The notes beneath the pieces are model-generated. The model did not search any database and was not told the origin of the DNA. It saw nothing but the letters and a program-made list of their open reading frames with translations. From positions 646,500 to 710,499 of the forward strand of contig CAVVHO010000003.1 in assembly GCA_963748035.1 (NCBI GenBank): DNA of 64,000 nucleotides, read 5' to 3'. The DNA comes from an uncultured Gemmatimonadales bacterium. Lineage in GTDB: Bacteria > Gemmatimonadota > Gemmatimonadetes > Gemmatimonadales > GWC2-71-9. This document shows, piece by piece, positions 48,328 through 56,901 of the stretch. Position numbers and translations under genes: made by a program. Within the stretch, counting starts at the first letter, position 1, and the number at the start of each line of letters is the position of its first letter.

Positions 48328-48963
48328 TCAACCGCCCTTCACGAGGAGCTTGAGATCGTTGGCCCACTGATCTGGACCAATCCCCGAGGGATAAGCCACG
48401 TGGGCGAGATTGTCACTGGTGAATGCGAGCACCAGCACGGTGTGATTGATCGTATAGACGGACGAGTCGGCCCTGGCAGGCACTGGCGCTATCGGATGTC
48501 CCAATCGAAGCTGCGTGAAGGCGTAAGCGACGGATGCGCTGTCGCCGGTAAGCCCGATGAAGCGATGGTCGAAATGGTCCAGCCAGGTCCGAATGACCGT
48601 CGGTGTATCACGCCCCGGATCCACTGTAACGAATACCACCTTGATCCGGTCAATTACTTCGGGATCGAGACCCTTCATCGCGGTTGCGATGTTGGCGAGC
48701 TGCACCGGGCAGAGATCAGGACAATGGGTGTACCCGAAAAACAGCAGTGTGAGGTAGCCCTCAGTTTCCGCCTTCAGGTCGAATCGCTTGCCTTCTGTGG
48801 TCTCGAGGACCAGCTCCGGTTTTGGCAGTGGCGGAAGAATCTGTGGCCCGGAAAGGCCCTCGGCATTGAAGCCGCCGGAACCGGATGGTTTGCAGCCGAG
48901 AGTCACGAAGGCGAGCGCGGAAGCCTGCCAGCAGAGCGAGCGGAATGCGAGTGGAAGGGTCAT
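48328..48963 (-). CDS. SCO1/SenC family copper chaperone (paralog 1)
   Basis: FFGYTHCPDLC, VDPGRDT, FIGLTG, YTINH; lipobox TLGC. Confidence 0.92.
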   Translation of the reverse strand: MTLPLAFRSLCWQASALAFVTLGCKPSGSGGFNAEGLSGPQILPPLPKPELVLETTEGKRFDLKAETEGYLTLLFFGYTHCPDLCPVQLANIATAMKGLDPEVIDRIKVVFVTVDPGRDTPTVIRTWLDHFDHRFIGLTGDSASVAYAFTQLRLGHPIAPVPARADSSVYTINHTVLVLAFTSDNLAHVAYPSGIGPDQWANDLKLLVKGG

Positions 48964-48968
48964 CTGGC

Positions 48969-49904
48969 CTAGAGCTTGGGTGCGGGCAGTGCCACCAGCA
49001 CCGCGGTCGTGCCGATGAGCAGGAGGCCGATCAGCAGTTCAAGTGTAGCGGAGCGGCTGAGCAGGCGGGTGGCGTCGTTGGAGCCGAGTCGTGGACTGAG
49101 CCGGCGCCAGTTCCACGCCCCCAGGGCCATCGTGCCGAAAAGAAGGCCCACCTTGATGAGCAGGGTACGTCCGTAGGTCGTGCCGAAGAGACTGCTCAGG
49201 TCGCCCACGTAGGCGTACGACATGAAACCGCCGGCGGTCACCGCGAGGCCGGCTCCAGTGAGCGCGACCGGAGAGAATGCCGCGACCATCCGGGCAACTG
49301 TGGCGGGATCTGGCGGATCGAGCCTGAGCGCAGGGCGGACCCCGGCCACGGCCATCGCAAAGAGTGTCCCCAGCCACATGCCGCCACCGATCAGGTGTAC
49401 GGCATGCAGGCCAACTCCAAGCGTGCGTCCCCACGGATGCTCAACCGCGTGGCCGGTCAGCGGAGACACCGCGGCCACGGCCACCGAGGCTGCGCCAAGC
49501 ACTGCTACGCCGGTGGCCGGGCGTCGCCTGCCCAGCCACGCGACGGGAAGGGCGAGCAGGGCGACTGCCACCTGAGCTTGCCAGCCGCGGCCCCAGGCCG
49601 TCTGGAACAGGACAGGTCGGGCTGCTGCCCAGTTGAGCGGTTCGAGTGGATCGAGAAACGAGTGCACCTGGCCCCAGGCCCGAATCAAATGCGCGACGAG
49701 GAGCAGCAACACCGCGGCGACGGCGAGCGTCCATGCCCCTCCCAGAGAACGTGCCGCAAGCGAGCGTTCGTCGTCGTCAGTTGCACGCCAACGCGGAATC
49801 AGGACGATATGAACGCAGGCACCCACCAAGGCGAGCGCGCCTATGTACGCGAGCCCGCGCCCGAAGGCGTAAAGGTCGATCGGAAGCGCTCCCTCCTCGT
49901 GCAC
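48969..49904 (-). CDS. copD: CopD family copper import membrane protein
   Basis: TGHA, HAVHLIGGGMWLG, FSPVA, YGRTLLIK; about 8 TM segments. Confidence 0.88.
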   Translation of the reverse strand: MHEEGALPIDLYAFGRGLAYIGALALVGACVHIVLIPRWRATDDDERSLAARSLGGAWTLAVAAVLLLLVAHLIRAWGQVHSFLDPLEPLNWAAARPVLFQTAWGRGWQAQVAVALLALPVAWLGRRRPATGVAVLGAASVAVAAVSPLTGHAVEHPWGRTLGVGLHAVHLIGGGMWLGTLFAMAVAGVRPALRLDPPDPATVARMVAAFSPVALTGAGLAVTAGGFMSYAYVGDLSSLFGTTYGRTLLIKVGLLFGTMALGAWNWRRLSPRLGSNDATRLLSRSATLELLIGLLLIGTTAVLVALPAPKL

Positions 49905-49905
49905 G

Positions 49906-50286
49906 TCAGGGAGCGGGCTTGCTCGCCGGATCGAAAGTGAAGTAGTAGGTCCCGCGGACCACGTGGCCGTCCCTTGAGCCCGTCTTCCACATGACCATGT
50001 ACCTGCCCGGCGCGAGGGTCACGGGCACCGGTCCTGCGATGGATAGGCTGTCCTCTGTTGCGAGCATCTTGATGACCGCGACCGGGGAGTGGTCTTCTTT
50101 CATCAAGGTGGCGCCAGAGAGAGCCACCTCAGGGCGCTCGTTAAACCAGAGTTGAACCTGCTTGGGAGCCGCTGCCACGGTATCATCCACGGCCGGGTCG
50201 GCCTTGACCAAATGGGTATGGATGTTCACCGCGGCTCCGAGCAGGAGCGCGGCGACGGCAGGGGGGATCAGAGACTTGGCAAGCAT
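49906..50286 (-). CDS. copC: CopC periplasmic copper-binding protein
   Basis: Signal peptide, N-terminal HTHL, DGH; no Met-rich Cu(I) site. Confidence 0.9.
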   Translation of the reverse strand: MLAKSLIPPAVAALLLGAAVNIHTHLVKADPAVDDTVAAAPKQVQLWFNERPEVALSGATLMKEDHSPVAVIKMLATEDSLSIAGPVPVTLAPGRYMVMWKTGSRDGHVVRGTYYFTFDPASKPAP

Positions 50287-50366
50287 CGTCCTATCCTTTC
50301 GAAGAGCGGGACGGAAGATAATCCTTCATCTGGCGGTCTGGGATCAACCTGTTACCTGGGGGCCGA

Positions 50367-50819
50367 ATGGGCCTGCGACAACTTCGTATACGCTCCTGGC
50401 CTCTCGCGGCCCTGCTTCTGGCCCTTGGCTGCAGCTCCCGACGACCGTTGGCAGAGGCCGGGGGTATCCGAGTCGAGTCGGGGTATGCCCACCCCGCTGC
50501 GGGGGACGTCGCGGCGGCCTATCTACGCGTTCGCAACACTGGCAGTTCCTCGGACACCCTTGCCGAGGTGTCCGGAGGCAGTTTCGGTCACGCCATGGTC
50601 ATGGGGACGACCGGCGGGCGTATGGAGGCAATGGCGCCGATGGTCATTGCTCCAGGACAAGTTGTCAGCATGGCGCCGGGCGGAGTCCACGTGATGCTGG
50701 AAGGGGTCACTTCGAATCCGGCGATCGGCGATACGATGCACCTCATCCTCCATTTCTCCCACGCGGGGGAGATTCCCATTGCGATCCCCGTCGTGGCCTA
50801 CGGTGAGATGCCCGAGTGA
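50367..50819 (+). CDS. PCu(A)C copper chaperone
   Basis: AAAYLRVRN; H-x10-M and HVM ligands (HAMVMGTTGGRM...PGGVHVML); lipobox ALGC. Confidence 0.85.
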   Translation: MGLRQLRIRSWPLAALLLALGCSSRRPLAEAGGIRVESGYAHPAAGDVAAAYLRVRNTGSSSDTLAEVSGGSFGHAMVMGTTGGRMEAMAPMVIAPGQVVSMAPGGVHVMLEGVTSNPAIGDTMHLILHFSHAGEIPIAIPVVAYGEMPE

Positions 50820-50872
50820 CCGACAACCCCCCGCCGCGGCCTGCATTCAGCCCAGCGGGAGGTAGAACGGCC

Positions 50873-53125
50873 TCAGAAGGTCGTGCTGATGCGCATCAGG
50901 AATGTACGACCCGCCCCTGGATTCTCGGCGTTCGTCTTGATCCGGCTCAGGAAGTTTGCGTACGCCTTGTCGAAGAGATTTCGCACGGCGAAGTCCACAT
51001 GGGGAGCATGAGGCCCGCCACCGAGCCCGAAACCCGTGCCGGCGTTGATCAGGGTGTAGGGCTCCGACTGATAGCCGCGGCCACCGAACGCGCCTGCGAA
51101 GAAGGCTGCCTCCGCTGGATCCAAACGCGTCTGCCTGGTATTGCTCTCTCCGCCCAGCGAGAGATAAGGATCGCGGACTAGTCCGTCGCGCGAAGCCTCA
51201 AGCCGTACCTCATAGGTCGCCCTGAAAGGCGGCATGGACGGGAGCGGATCGTCGTTGCTGGTGTTGGTGCCGCGGACGTAGTCCGCGGTGCCTTGGAAGT
51301 GCAGCCAGCGGGTGGGATGAAGTTGTCCCGCAACCTCGAAGCCCTGCAACCTCGCATCACCCTGGGTGACGTCATAGATCTCGAAGCCGGAGCCCGGATC
51401 GGTCGTTCCTGTGGGGACGGTGTAGATGTAATCGTTGATCCAGTTGACGAACGTACCGACTTCGAATGCGAGATTGGTCGTCTGAACCCGGATTGCCAGA
51501 TCACCGTTGAGAGATTTTTCGGTGCGGAGATTGGGGTTGCCCCGCTCGAACGCCACCGTGCCTTCATGTACGCCATTGGCGAAGAGATCGAAACTCGAGG
51601 GGGCCCGAAAGCCGCGTCCTACGTTCAGCACAAGTGCGGCGGGCTCCGCGAACTTGTACAGAATGCCCAGGTTCCCGGTAACGGAATTCCAACTCTGCGC
51701 GTCGGGGACCCCAGCGATGGTGGTATCTTCCAGTGCGAGGTGGCGGTAGTCGTACCGCGCCCCGACCGAGAGGTCCCAGCGCCCGCCGTGCAGCTGCTCG
51801 AATCCGAAGACCGCCAGGCCGCTTGTCTGGCTGTTGGGAATCAGGGTCTCGTTGCCGAATTTCTCGAATTCGGTTCGCATCCCGCTTACACCGAAGACTC
51901 CCGACAGCGACCCAATCGGCGCTTGGTGAAGGTGGGCGTCCAACGTGTAGTTGTGTGACAGGAGTCCGAGCGATACGTCGCTGGTGGTGTCATCTTCGAA
52001 CTCGCGCCGTCGATTACGCTCGAAGCCTGCACTCACCTCAAGCCGTGATCCCCCGACCGGGAAGAGGCCATCGAGCCGTGCCCGTGTCGCTGCGATCCGT
52101 TGCGTGGGCGTAGCCGCCGGATCCTCATCGGTGAGTGAAATCCGCTCATCCCGTTGGGCGAACGAGGCGGCGAGGTTTCCCCAGTCGCCTCGATCGCCTA
52201 CAGCGAAGCTTCCGCCGAGGGCGCGGTTGCCGCTGTTCCAGAGGGTGTAATCCGGAGTTTTGACATTGCCGGCCGAGCGGCCGCTCACAGTTGCGCGGAA
52301 GCCGAGACCACCGCTCGCACCGTTGACGAGGAGAGCGCCGACTGGCTCTCGCGCGTTGCTTGAATACGAAGCGGTTGCCTCGCCGTCGATCGTCGACTTC
52401 CCCGGCTCCGTAGAAGGCAACGCCCGTGGAATGACGTTCACGACGCCACCGAGCGCGTCGGATCCGTACAGAACACTGGCGGGTCCGCGAATCACCTCGA
52501 TGCGATCAGCGAGTGCGGTCTCGATGTTGGGTCCGTGCTCGTCGCCCCACTGCTGGGTCTCCATCCGCTGACCGTTGTCTAGCACCAAGACACGATTTGA
52601 AGTCAATCCGCGAATCACCGGCTTTCCAATCCCCTGACCGGTACTCAGGCTGTGGACGCCGGCGACCTGATTGAGGGTCTCGCCCAAGCTGGGGGCCTGC
52701 GCACCGCTCAGGTCGGCACCTTGAATGACGGCAGTAGGCTGGGGGGAGACAAGCGGATCAATGGTCGAGGTGGTGGCCGTGACTTGGATCGGGGGCAGCT
52801 CGACCAGCGATGGCTTGAGGGTGAAATCCTGGTTCAGGTCCTGATTCGCAAGGCGAAGAGCTCGGACCTGCGGGGCATAGCCGATGGCGGAAACGGAAAA
52901 GGTAAACACCCCTGCGGGCAGGCCTGGCACAGTGTAACGACCCTCGACGTCGGTCAGGACGACACGCCCGGCTTCGACGACCGCGATGCGCGCGGCGAAG
53001 AGAGGCGTGCCGTCGGTTGAGGTAACGCGGCCGGCGACGGTTGCGCCCGGAAGGGACGCGGCAGGTTGAAGCGGTGTGGAGAAGGCTGTGAGCGCGAGCA
53101 ACGCGCTTGTGAGACTCGCTAGCAT
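50873..53125 (-). CDS. TonB-dependent receptor, ZnuD-like
   Basis: N-terminal carboxypeptidase-like domain; plug KPVIRGL...QQWGDEHG...RIEVIRGPASVLYGS; DLFANGVHEGT..FERGNPNL; terminal Phe; SD GAGGAG. Confidence 0.9.
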   Translation of the reverse strand: MLASLTSALLALTAFSTPLQPAASLPGATVAGRVTSTDGTPLFAARIAVVEAGRVVLTDVEGRYTVPGLPAGVFTFSVSAIGYAPQVRALRLANQDLNQDFTLKPSLVELPPIQVTATTSTIDPLVSPQPTAVIQGADLSGAQAPSLGETLNQVAGVHSLSTGQGIGKPVIRGLTSNRVLVLDNGQRMETQQWGDEHGPNIETALADRIEVIRGPASVLYGSDALGGVVNVIPRALPSTEPGKSTIDGEATASYSSNAREPVGALLVNGASGGLGFRATVSGRSAGNVKTPDYTLWNSGNRALGGSFAVGDRGDWGNLAASFAQRDERISLTDEDPAATPTQRIAATRARLDGLFPVGGSRLEVSAGFERNRRREFEDDTTSDVSLGLLSHNYTLDAHLHQAPIGSLSGVFGVSGMRTEFEKFGNETLIPNSQTSGLAVFGFEQLHGGRWDLSVGARYDYRHLALEDTTIAGVPDAQSWNSVTGNLGILYKFAEPAALVLNVGRGFRAPSSFDLFANGVHEGTVAFERGNPNLRTEKSLNGDLAIRVQTTNLAFEVGTFVNWINDYIYTVPTGTTDPGSGFEIYDVTQGDARLQGFEVAGQLHPTRWLHFQGTADYVRGTNTSNDDPLPSMPPFRATYEVRLEASRDGLVRDPYLSLGGESNTRQTRLDPAEAAFFAGAFGGRGYQSEPYTLINAGTGFGLGGGPHAPHVDFAVRNLFDKAYANFLSRIKTNAENPGAGRTFLMRISTTF

Positions 53126-53205
53126 GGCTGCTCCTCAGAACTGGCGTTCGCCTCCGGCACATGCGTTTCCGGAGGTAGGCTCGGGATCTTGAATAGATTC
53201 GCAAG

Positions 53206-53544
53206 TCAGCCGAACGAGGGAGGAGCGCGAGACCGGTAGGAGGGCTGGTGACGGACTGAGGGATGCAGTTGGGGCGTCGGGAATACGGATTTCAGCCCGT
53301 AGGCCGGATGGAAGGCCGTTTCGGTGGCGGCGGCTTCAGTTGCACGCAGATCAGCGAGCAATCGGTTGAGCGGGCAGTGACCACCGTGGTCGCTGGAACC
53401 ACCCCGGCTCTCAAAGTGGACACGCTCCTCCTGGGGTTTGCCGCGGTGCTCGAGGAGAAGGTCGGCCGCTGGCAGCCCAAAGTTCCCCGCGACGTAGGCG
53501 AACGCGAGAACGAGGATTCGGGGTCGAGCTGCCATGTCGTGCAT
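53206..53544 (-). CDS. RAPP-terminated leader protein (DUF2946/CruR-like uORF) 1
   Basis: 112 aa: hydrophobic anchor, GNFGLPAADLLLEH, HGGHCPL, C-terminal SRAPPSFG; starts 4 nt after the permease stop and ends 80 nt before the TonB receptor. Confidence 0.75.
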   Translation of the reverse strand: MHDMAARPRILVLAFAYVAGNFGLPAADLLLEHRGKPQEERVHFESRGGSSDHGGHCPLNRLLADLRATEAAATETAFHPAYGLKSVFPTPQLHPSVRHQPSYRSRAPPSFG

Positions 53545-53547
53545 ATG

Positions 53548-54393
53548 CTAAGTACCGGGCACGCCTGATTTGAGCACCTTGCGACCGAGGAACGCGAGGA
53601 GGAGCAAAAGCCCGAAGACGCAAACCTCCACCGGTCCGGTGGGCAGGTCCTTCCAGAATGACACGCCGATGCCCAGTGCCGAGGCTAAGACGCCGGCGAC
53701 CCATGCGATGATTGCGAGGAGGCCGCGACGCCGAGTGAACTGAAACGCGATGGCTGCCGGGATCACCAGGAACGAGAAGACGAGCAGCACGCCGACGATT
53801 GGCACTGAGAAGGTGATCACGACGCCGAAGCTCAGATAGAACCAGAAATCCCACCAGCGGAGTTTCCAGCCGTGCGCGGCGGCCTGCTCCGGCTCGAACG
53901 AAATGGTAAGGAATTTCCGTCTGAGAACCCAATGAAACAGGCCCACGATCGTATACACGGCGGCGAGACGACCGATCGCGGGCCAGCCCACCCATAGCAG
54001 GCTTCCCACCAGAATGTCCTTGATGGCCTCCCCACCTCTCGGTGATCGATCGGCGACCAGGATGGCGGCGGCCGAGGCGACTACATACACGATGCCAATG
54101 ATGGCCTCCTGCGGCACCCTGCCCTGACCGTGCTCCGAACGTGTCGCGGCGAAAACCGCAGCGCCGGCGGTTGTGAACCCGAAGGCGTAGACGAAGGACA
54201 TCGCGGAACCGGAGTCGGCGCCAACGAGGATCGCGACCGTGGAGCCGAGCGCGGCGACCTGGGCGAGCGCCAGGTCCACGAAGATGACTTCTCGCGCCAG
54301 GACGTGAAGTCCGAGGTAGGAATGGACTGCGACGATCACCATGCAGGCTACCAGCGGCGCCAGCCAGAGGCTGTGGATCAGCTGAGCAAGCAT
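53548..54393 (-). CDS. Metal ABC transporter permease (ABC-3, ZnuB-like)
   Basis: HSYLGLHVLAREVIFVDLALAQVAALG, QEAIIGIVY, GSLLWV, VGVLLVFSFLVIPA; TGATG coupling to the SBP gene. Confidence 0.9.
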   Translation of the reverse strand: MLAQLIHSLWLAPLVACMVIVAVHSYLGLHVLAREVIFVDLALAQVAALGSTVAILVGADSGSAMSFVYAFGFTTAGAAVFAATRSEHGQGRVPQEAIIGIVYVVASAAAILVADRSPRGGEAIKDILVGSLLWVGWPAIGRLAAVYTIVGLFHWVLRRKFLTISFEPEQAAAHGWKLRWWDFWFYLSFGVVITFSVPIVGVLLVFSFLVIPAAIAFQFTRRRGLLAIIAWVAGVLASALGIGVSFWKDLPTGPVEVCVFGLLLLLAFLGRKVLKSGVPGT

Positions 54394-55433
54394 CAGGAAG
54401 CTCCCTCGCGGAACCCGGCTACGAGGCCATTGATCCAGGCGTTCATCAGATCGAAGTAGGTCTCCACGCCCGGGGCGCCATGGGTATTCTCGGGAACGAT
54501 GACCGCGTGAGCGCCGGTCTTCTCCGCAACCTGCTGAATCTGGTTGTGGTCGAAATAGTTCGAGGCGAAGAGCAGCGGGATCTTCCGCTCCTTCATGAGG
54601 GCGATCACCTCTTCGACATGTCTGGGGGTAGGCGGAATCCCCGGCTTGGCCTCGATGTAAGTGGCGCAGGTGACCTGAAAACGATGGCTGAAGTAGGCCC
54701 ACTCCTTGTGGTAACAGGCGATTTCCTTCCCCCGGAATGTCTCGCTGGTCTTGAGCCAACCGCCGAGTCGGTCGAGCAACGGCTTGCCCTGATATTTCGT
54801 AGCGGCCAGGAAGGAGGAAAGCTTGTCGCTCTTGAGGAGATCGAGGGCGGTGGCCGGCGTCAGGATCCCGACCAGTTCGGCGCCCATGGTGGCTTCGAGG
54901 ATTCGCTTCTCGAAATCCTGTTCCCGGCCGGCGAAAAAAGCCGCCTCACTTGGGGCCACGCGCTGCAGGCCGGTGAGAATATTCCGGGCGATGATGATGG
55001 CGTTCAGTGGGTCGGTATGAATGTGCGGGTTGCCATCGGCATGAATGTCACCCTCGCTGCGGTTCAGCGATGTCGGCACCTCCAGGAGCGTGATGCCGGT
55101 GTACGCGGTGACATACCCGGGGCCACCCTCTGACACCTTGCGGTTGTTGGCACGATCGAGGAGGGCAGGGACCCAGAGCTCGAGATCAAGGCCGGTGGTG
55201 ACGAACAGATCCGCGTCCCGGAGCACAGCGACGAAGCTGGGCTTGGGCTGAACAAAATGCGGATCCTCATCCCCCTGGGCGATTGAGGTCACGGTCCCCC
55301 GGTCGCCGGCGATTTCGCGCGCGATGGCGCCGTAGGTGGTGAGGCTGGTAACGATCTTGAGCGGCGGCTCGGCGACTCGGCGGCTCGGCGGCTCAGGGGA
55401 GAGCGTCGCAAGGATCAGGGCCAGGAGCAACAT
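54393..55433 (-). CDS. Metal ABC substrate-binding protein (cluster A-I, ZnuA-like)
   Basis: DPHFVQPKPS, GDIHADGNPH, YHKEWAYF, EAKPGIPPT. Confidence 0.9.
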   Translation of the reverse strand: MLLLALILATLSPEPPSRRVAEPPLKIVTSLTTYGAIAREIAGDRGTVTSIAQGDEDPHFVQPKPSFVAVLRDADLFVTTGLDLELWVPALLDRANNRKVSEGGPGYVTAYTGITLLEVPTSLNRSEGDIHADGNPHIHTDPLNAIIIARNILTGLQRVAPSEAAFFAGREQDFEKRILEATMGAELVGILTPATALDLLKSDKLSSFLAATKYQGKPLLDRLGGWLKTSETFRGKEIACYHKEWAYFSHRFQVTCATYIEAKPGIPPTPRHVEEVIALMKERKIPLLFASNYFDHNQIQQVAEKTGAHAVIVPENTHGAPGVETYFDLMNAWINGLVAGFREGAS

Positions 55434-55446
55434 TCTGTCTACCTTT

Positions 55447-55474
55447 CGGCTAACGGCTAACGGCTAACGGCTTA
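55447..55474. repeat. Heptamer tandem repeat (CGGCTAA)x3 + CGGCTTA
   Basis: Read directly in the spacer between the OMP and SBP genes. Confidence 0.9.
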
Positions 55475-55480
55475 CGATCC

Positions 55481-56833
55481 TCAGTATGTCTCATGCTTGT
55501 GCGGACCCATGGCGAATACGGCCTGCAGCAGCAACTGGTCTTGATTGCCTGCGACGCTGTCGTGGTGATGCTGGCCCTCTAGGCGCAGGAAGACGAATTC
55601 GCTCTCCCACCATGTGATCGTCGGTGAGATCTGCCATTCCGTCGAAAACGGGCCTCTGGCGGCCTCGACGTAGTCGTACCGACCACCGAGGATCCAGCGC
55701 TGGCTCAGGCGGGCGGTCAGGTCAACGAAGGCGCCATAGCGCGTTGTCTGGACTCCGAGTTCATGTGCCCGCAACCGGTACCCCTCCATCCGCAAGGTGA
55801 CTTCCTTGCGGGTGCCCGCATTAGGCGGGCGCCAGGTTAACCGGAGGTCGGCGCCGAGCACTCGTCCGCGGACGCTATCCGCGTTGTCACCGCCCAGCGC
55901 GGTGAAGCCGATCTGGCCATAGGTGCTGCGGGAGAGTTGCCAGAAGTTCTGCACCCGCCCGAGCAGGGTGCCGTGGTCACCGGTACCGTAGAGCGGCTGG
56001 CTCTCGGCGGTGGTTCCCTGCAACCAGATCTCGTGGGTGCCACCACCGATTGACAGCGGGAGCGTGGTGTAAAGCGAAACCCCGGCGCCCGACAACCCCT
56101 CGTCTCCGAGGAATCGGCGGTAGACCAGAGGGTATTCGGACTCCGGAAGAGCGTGCAGATGCCAGCGATTAAGGTCGCCGATCTGTTCACGGAAGAGCCC
56201 GACGTCGGCCCGGAGGCGACCCGGAAGCCCGGTCCAGTACAAGTACCCCTCCTCGACGCCGACAGCGTCGTGCTCAAAGGTCAGGACCACCTTGGCATTG
56301 GAGTAAGGGTCCAGCGTGGACTGGAGTGCGACTTCGAACTCGCGTGCATCACCCCGCAGACCATCGTGCCGCTGCCCGCCAAGCCGGATGTCGCCGGTCG
56401 CGCTGATCTCCGGATTCATGGCTGAGCCGCTCCGTTGGCGGCCCACGAACTTGGTTTCACCGCTGGGGGTCGTGTCCGGCGGCGCCCCCGGTGGCGCGCC
56501 CGTCGCGGCGGCGGCCGCTGCCCTGAGGGCCGCTAGGTCATCGCCACCGGTAGTGTCGGTCGGCTGCGCCACGGCTTGCCGACACCGTTGCGCGATCAGC
56601 CGTTCGAGGCGCGCGCTCAAATCGGCAATGGCCCGATGCAATGAATCCGCACCGGCGGGGATGCTCAGCGCCGGACCGGTGGGGCAGGAGCCGCGCTCCA
56701 GCGAATCCAGTCGAGTTGTCAGTCGTTCAAGCAGGCGCTGGTTGGTGTTCGCGGGCTGCTGAGCGTGCAGGGGGACGGCCGTCAGGCCTGTCAGCCCTAT
56801 GAGGGATGTCCAGATGGCATTGTTGTGCCGCAT
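55481..56833 (-). CDS. Outer-membrane beta-barrel protein with N-terminal coiled coil and His-rich C-terminus
   Basis: Signal peptide; MNPEISATGD, VEEGY, GLFREQIGDLNRWHLHALP; C-terminal HHHDS and GPHKHETY; first gene before the SBP and permease. Confidence 0.75.
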   Translation of the reverse strand: MRHNNAIWTSLIGLTGLTAVPLHAQQPANTNQRLLERLTTRLDSLERGSCPTGPALSIPAGADSLHRAIADLSARLERLIAQRCRQAVAQPTDTTGGDDLAALRAAAAAATGAPPGAPPDTTPSGETKFVGRQRSGSAMNPEISATGDIRLGGQRHDGLRGDAREFEVALQSTLDPYSNAKVVLTFEHDAVGVEEGYLYWTGLPGRLRADVGLFREQIGDLNRWHLHALPESEYPLVYRRFLGDEGLSGAGVSLYTTLPLSIGGGTHEIWLQGTTAESQPLYGTGDHGTLLGRVQNFWQLSRSTYGQIGFTALGGDNADSVRGRVLGADLRLTWRPPNAGTRKEVTLRMEGYRLRAHELGVQTTRYGAFVDLTARLSQRWILGGRYDYVEAARGPFSTEWQISPTITWWESEFVFLRLEGQHHHDSVAGNQDQLLLQAVFAMGPHKHETY

Positions 56834-56901
56834 TTCAAATGACCCGTATCGCCCCGGAGGCCCGGTGGCGGAAAGGGGAAAGCGAGTTGTGTGAGCGCCA
56901 G

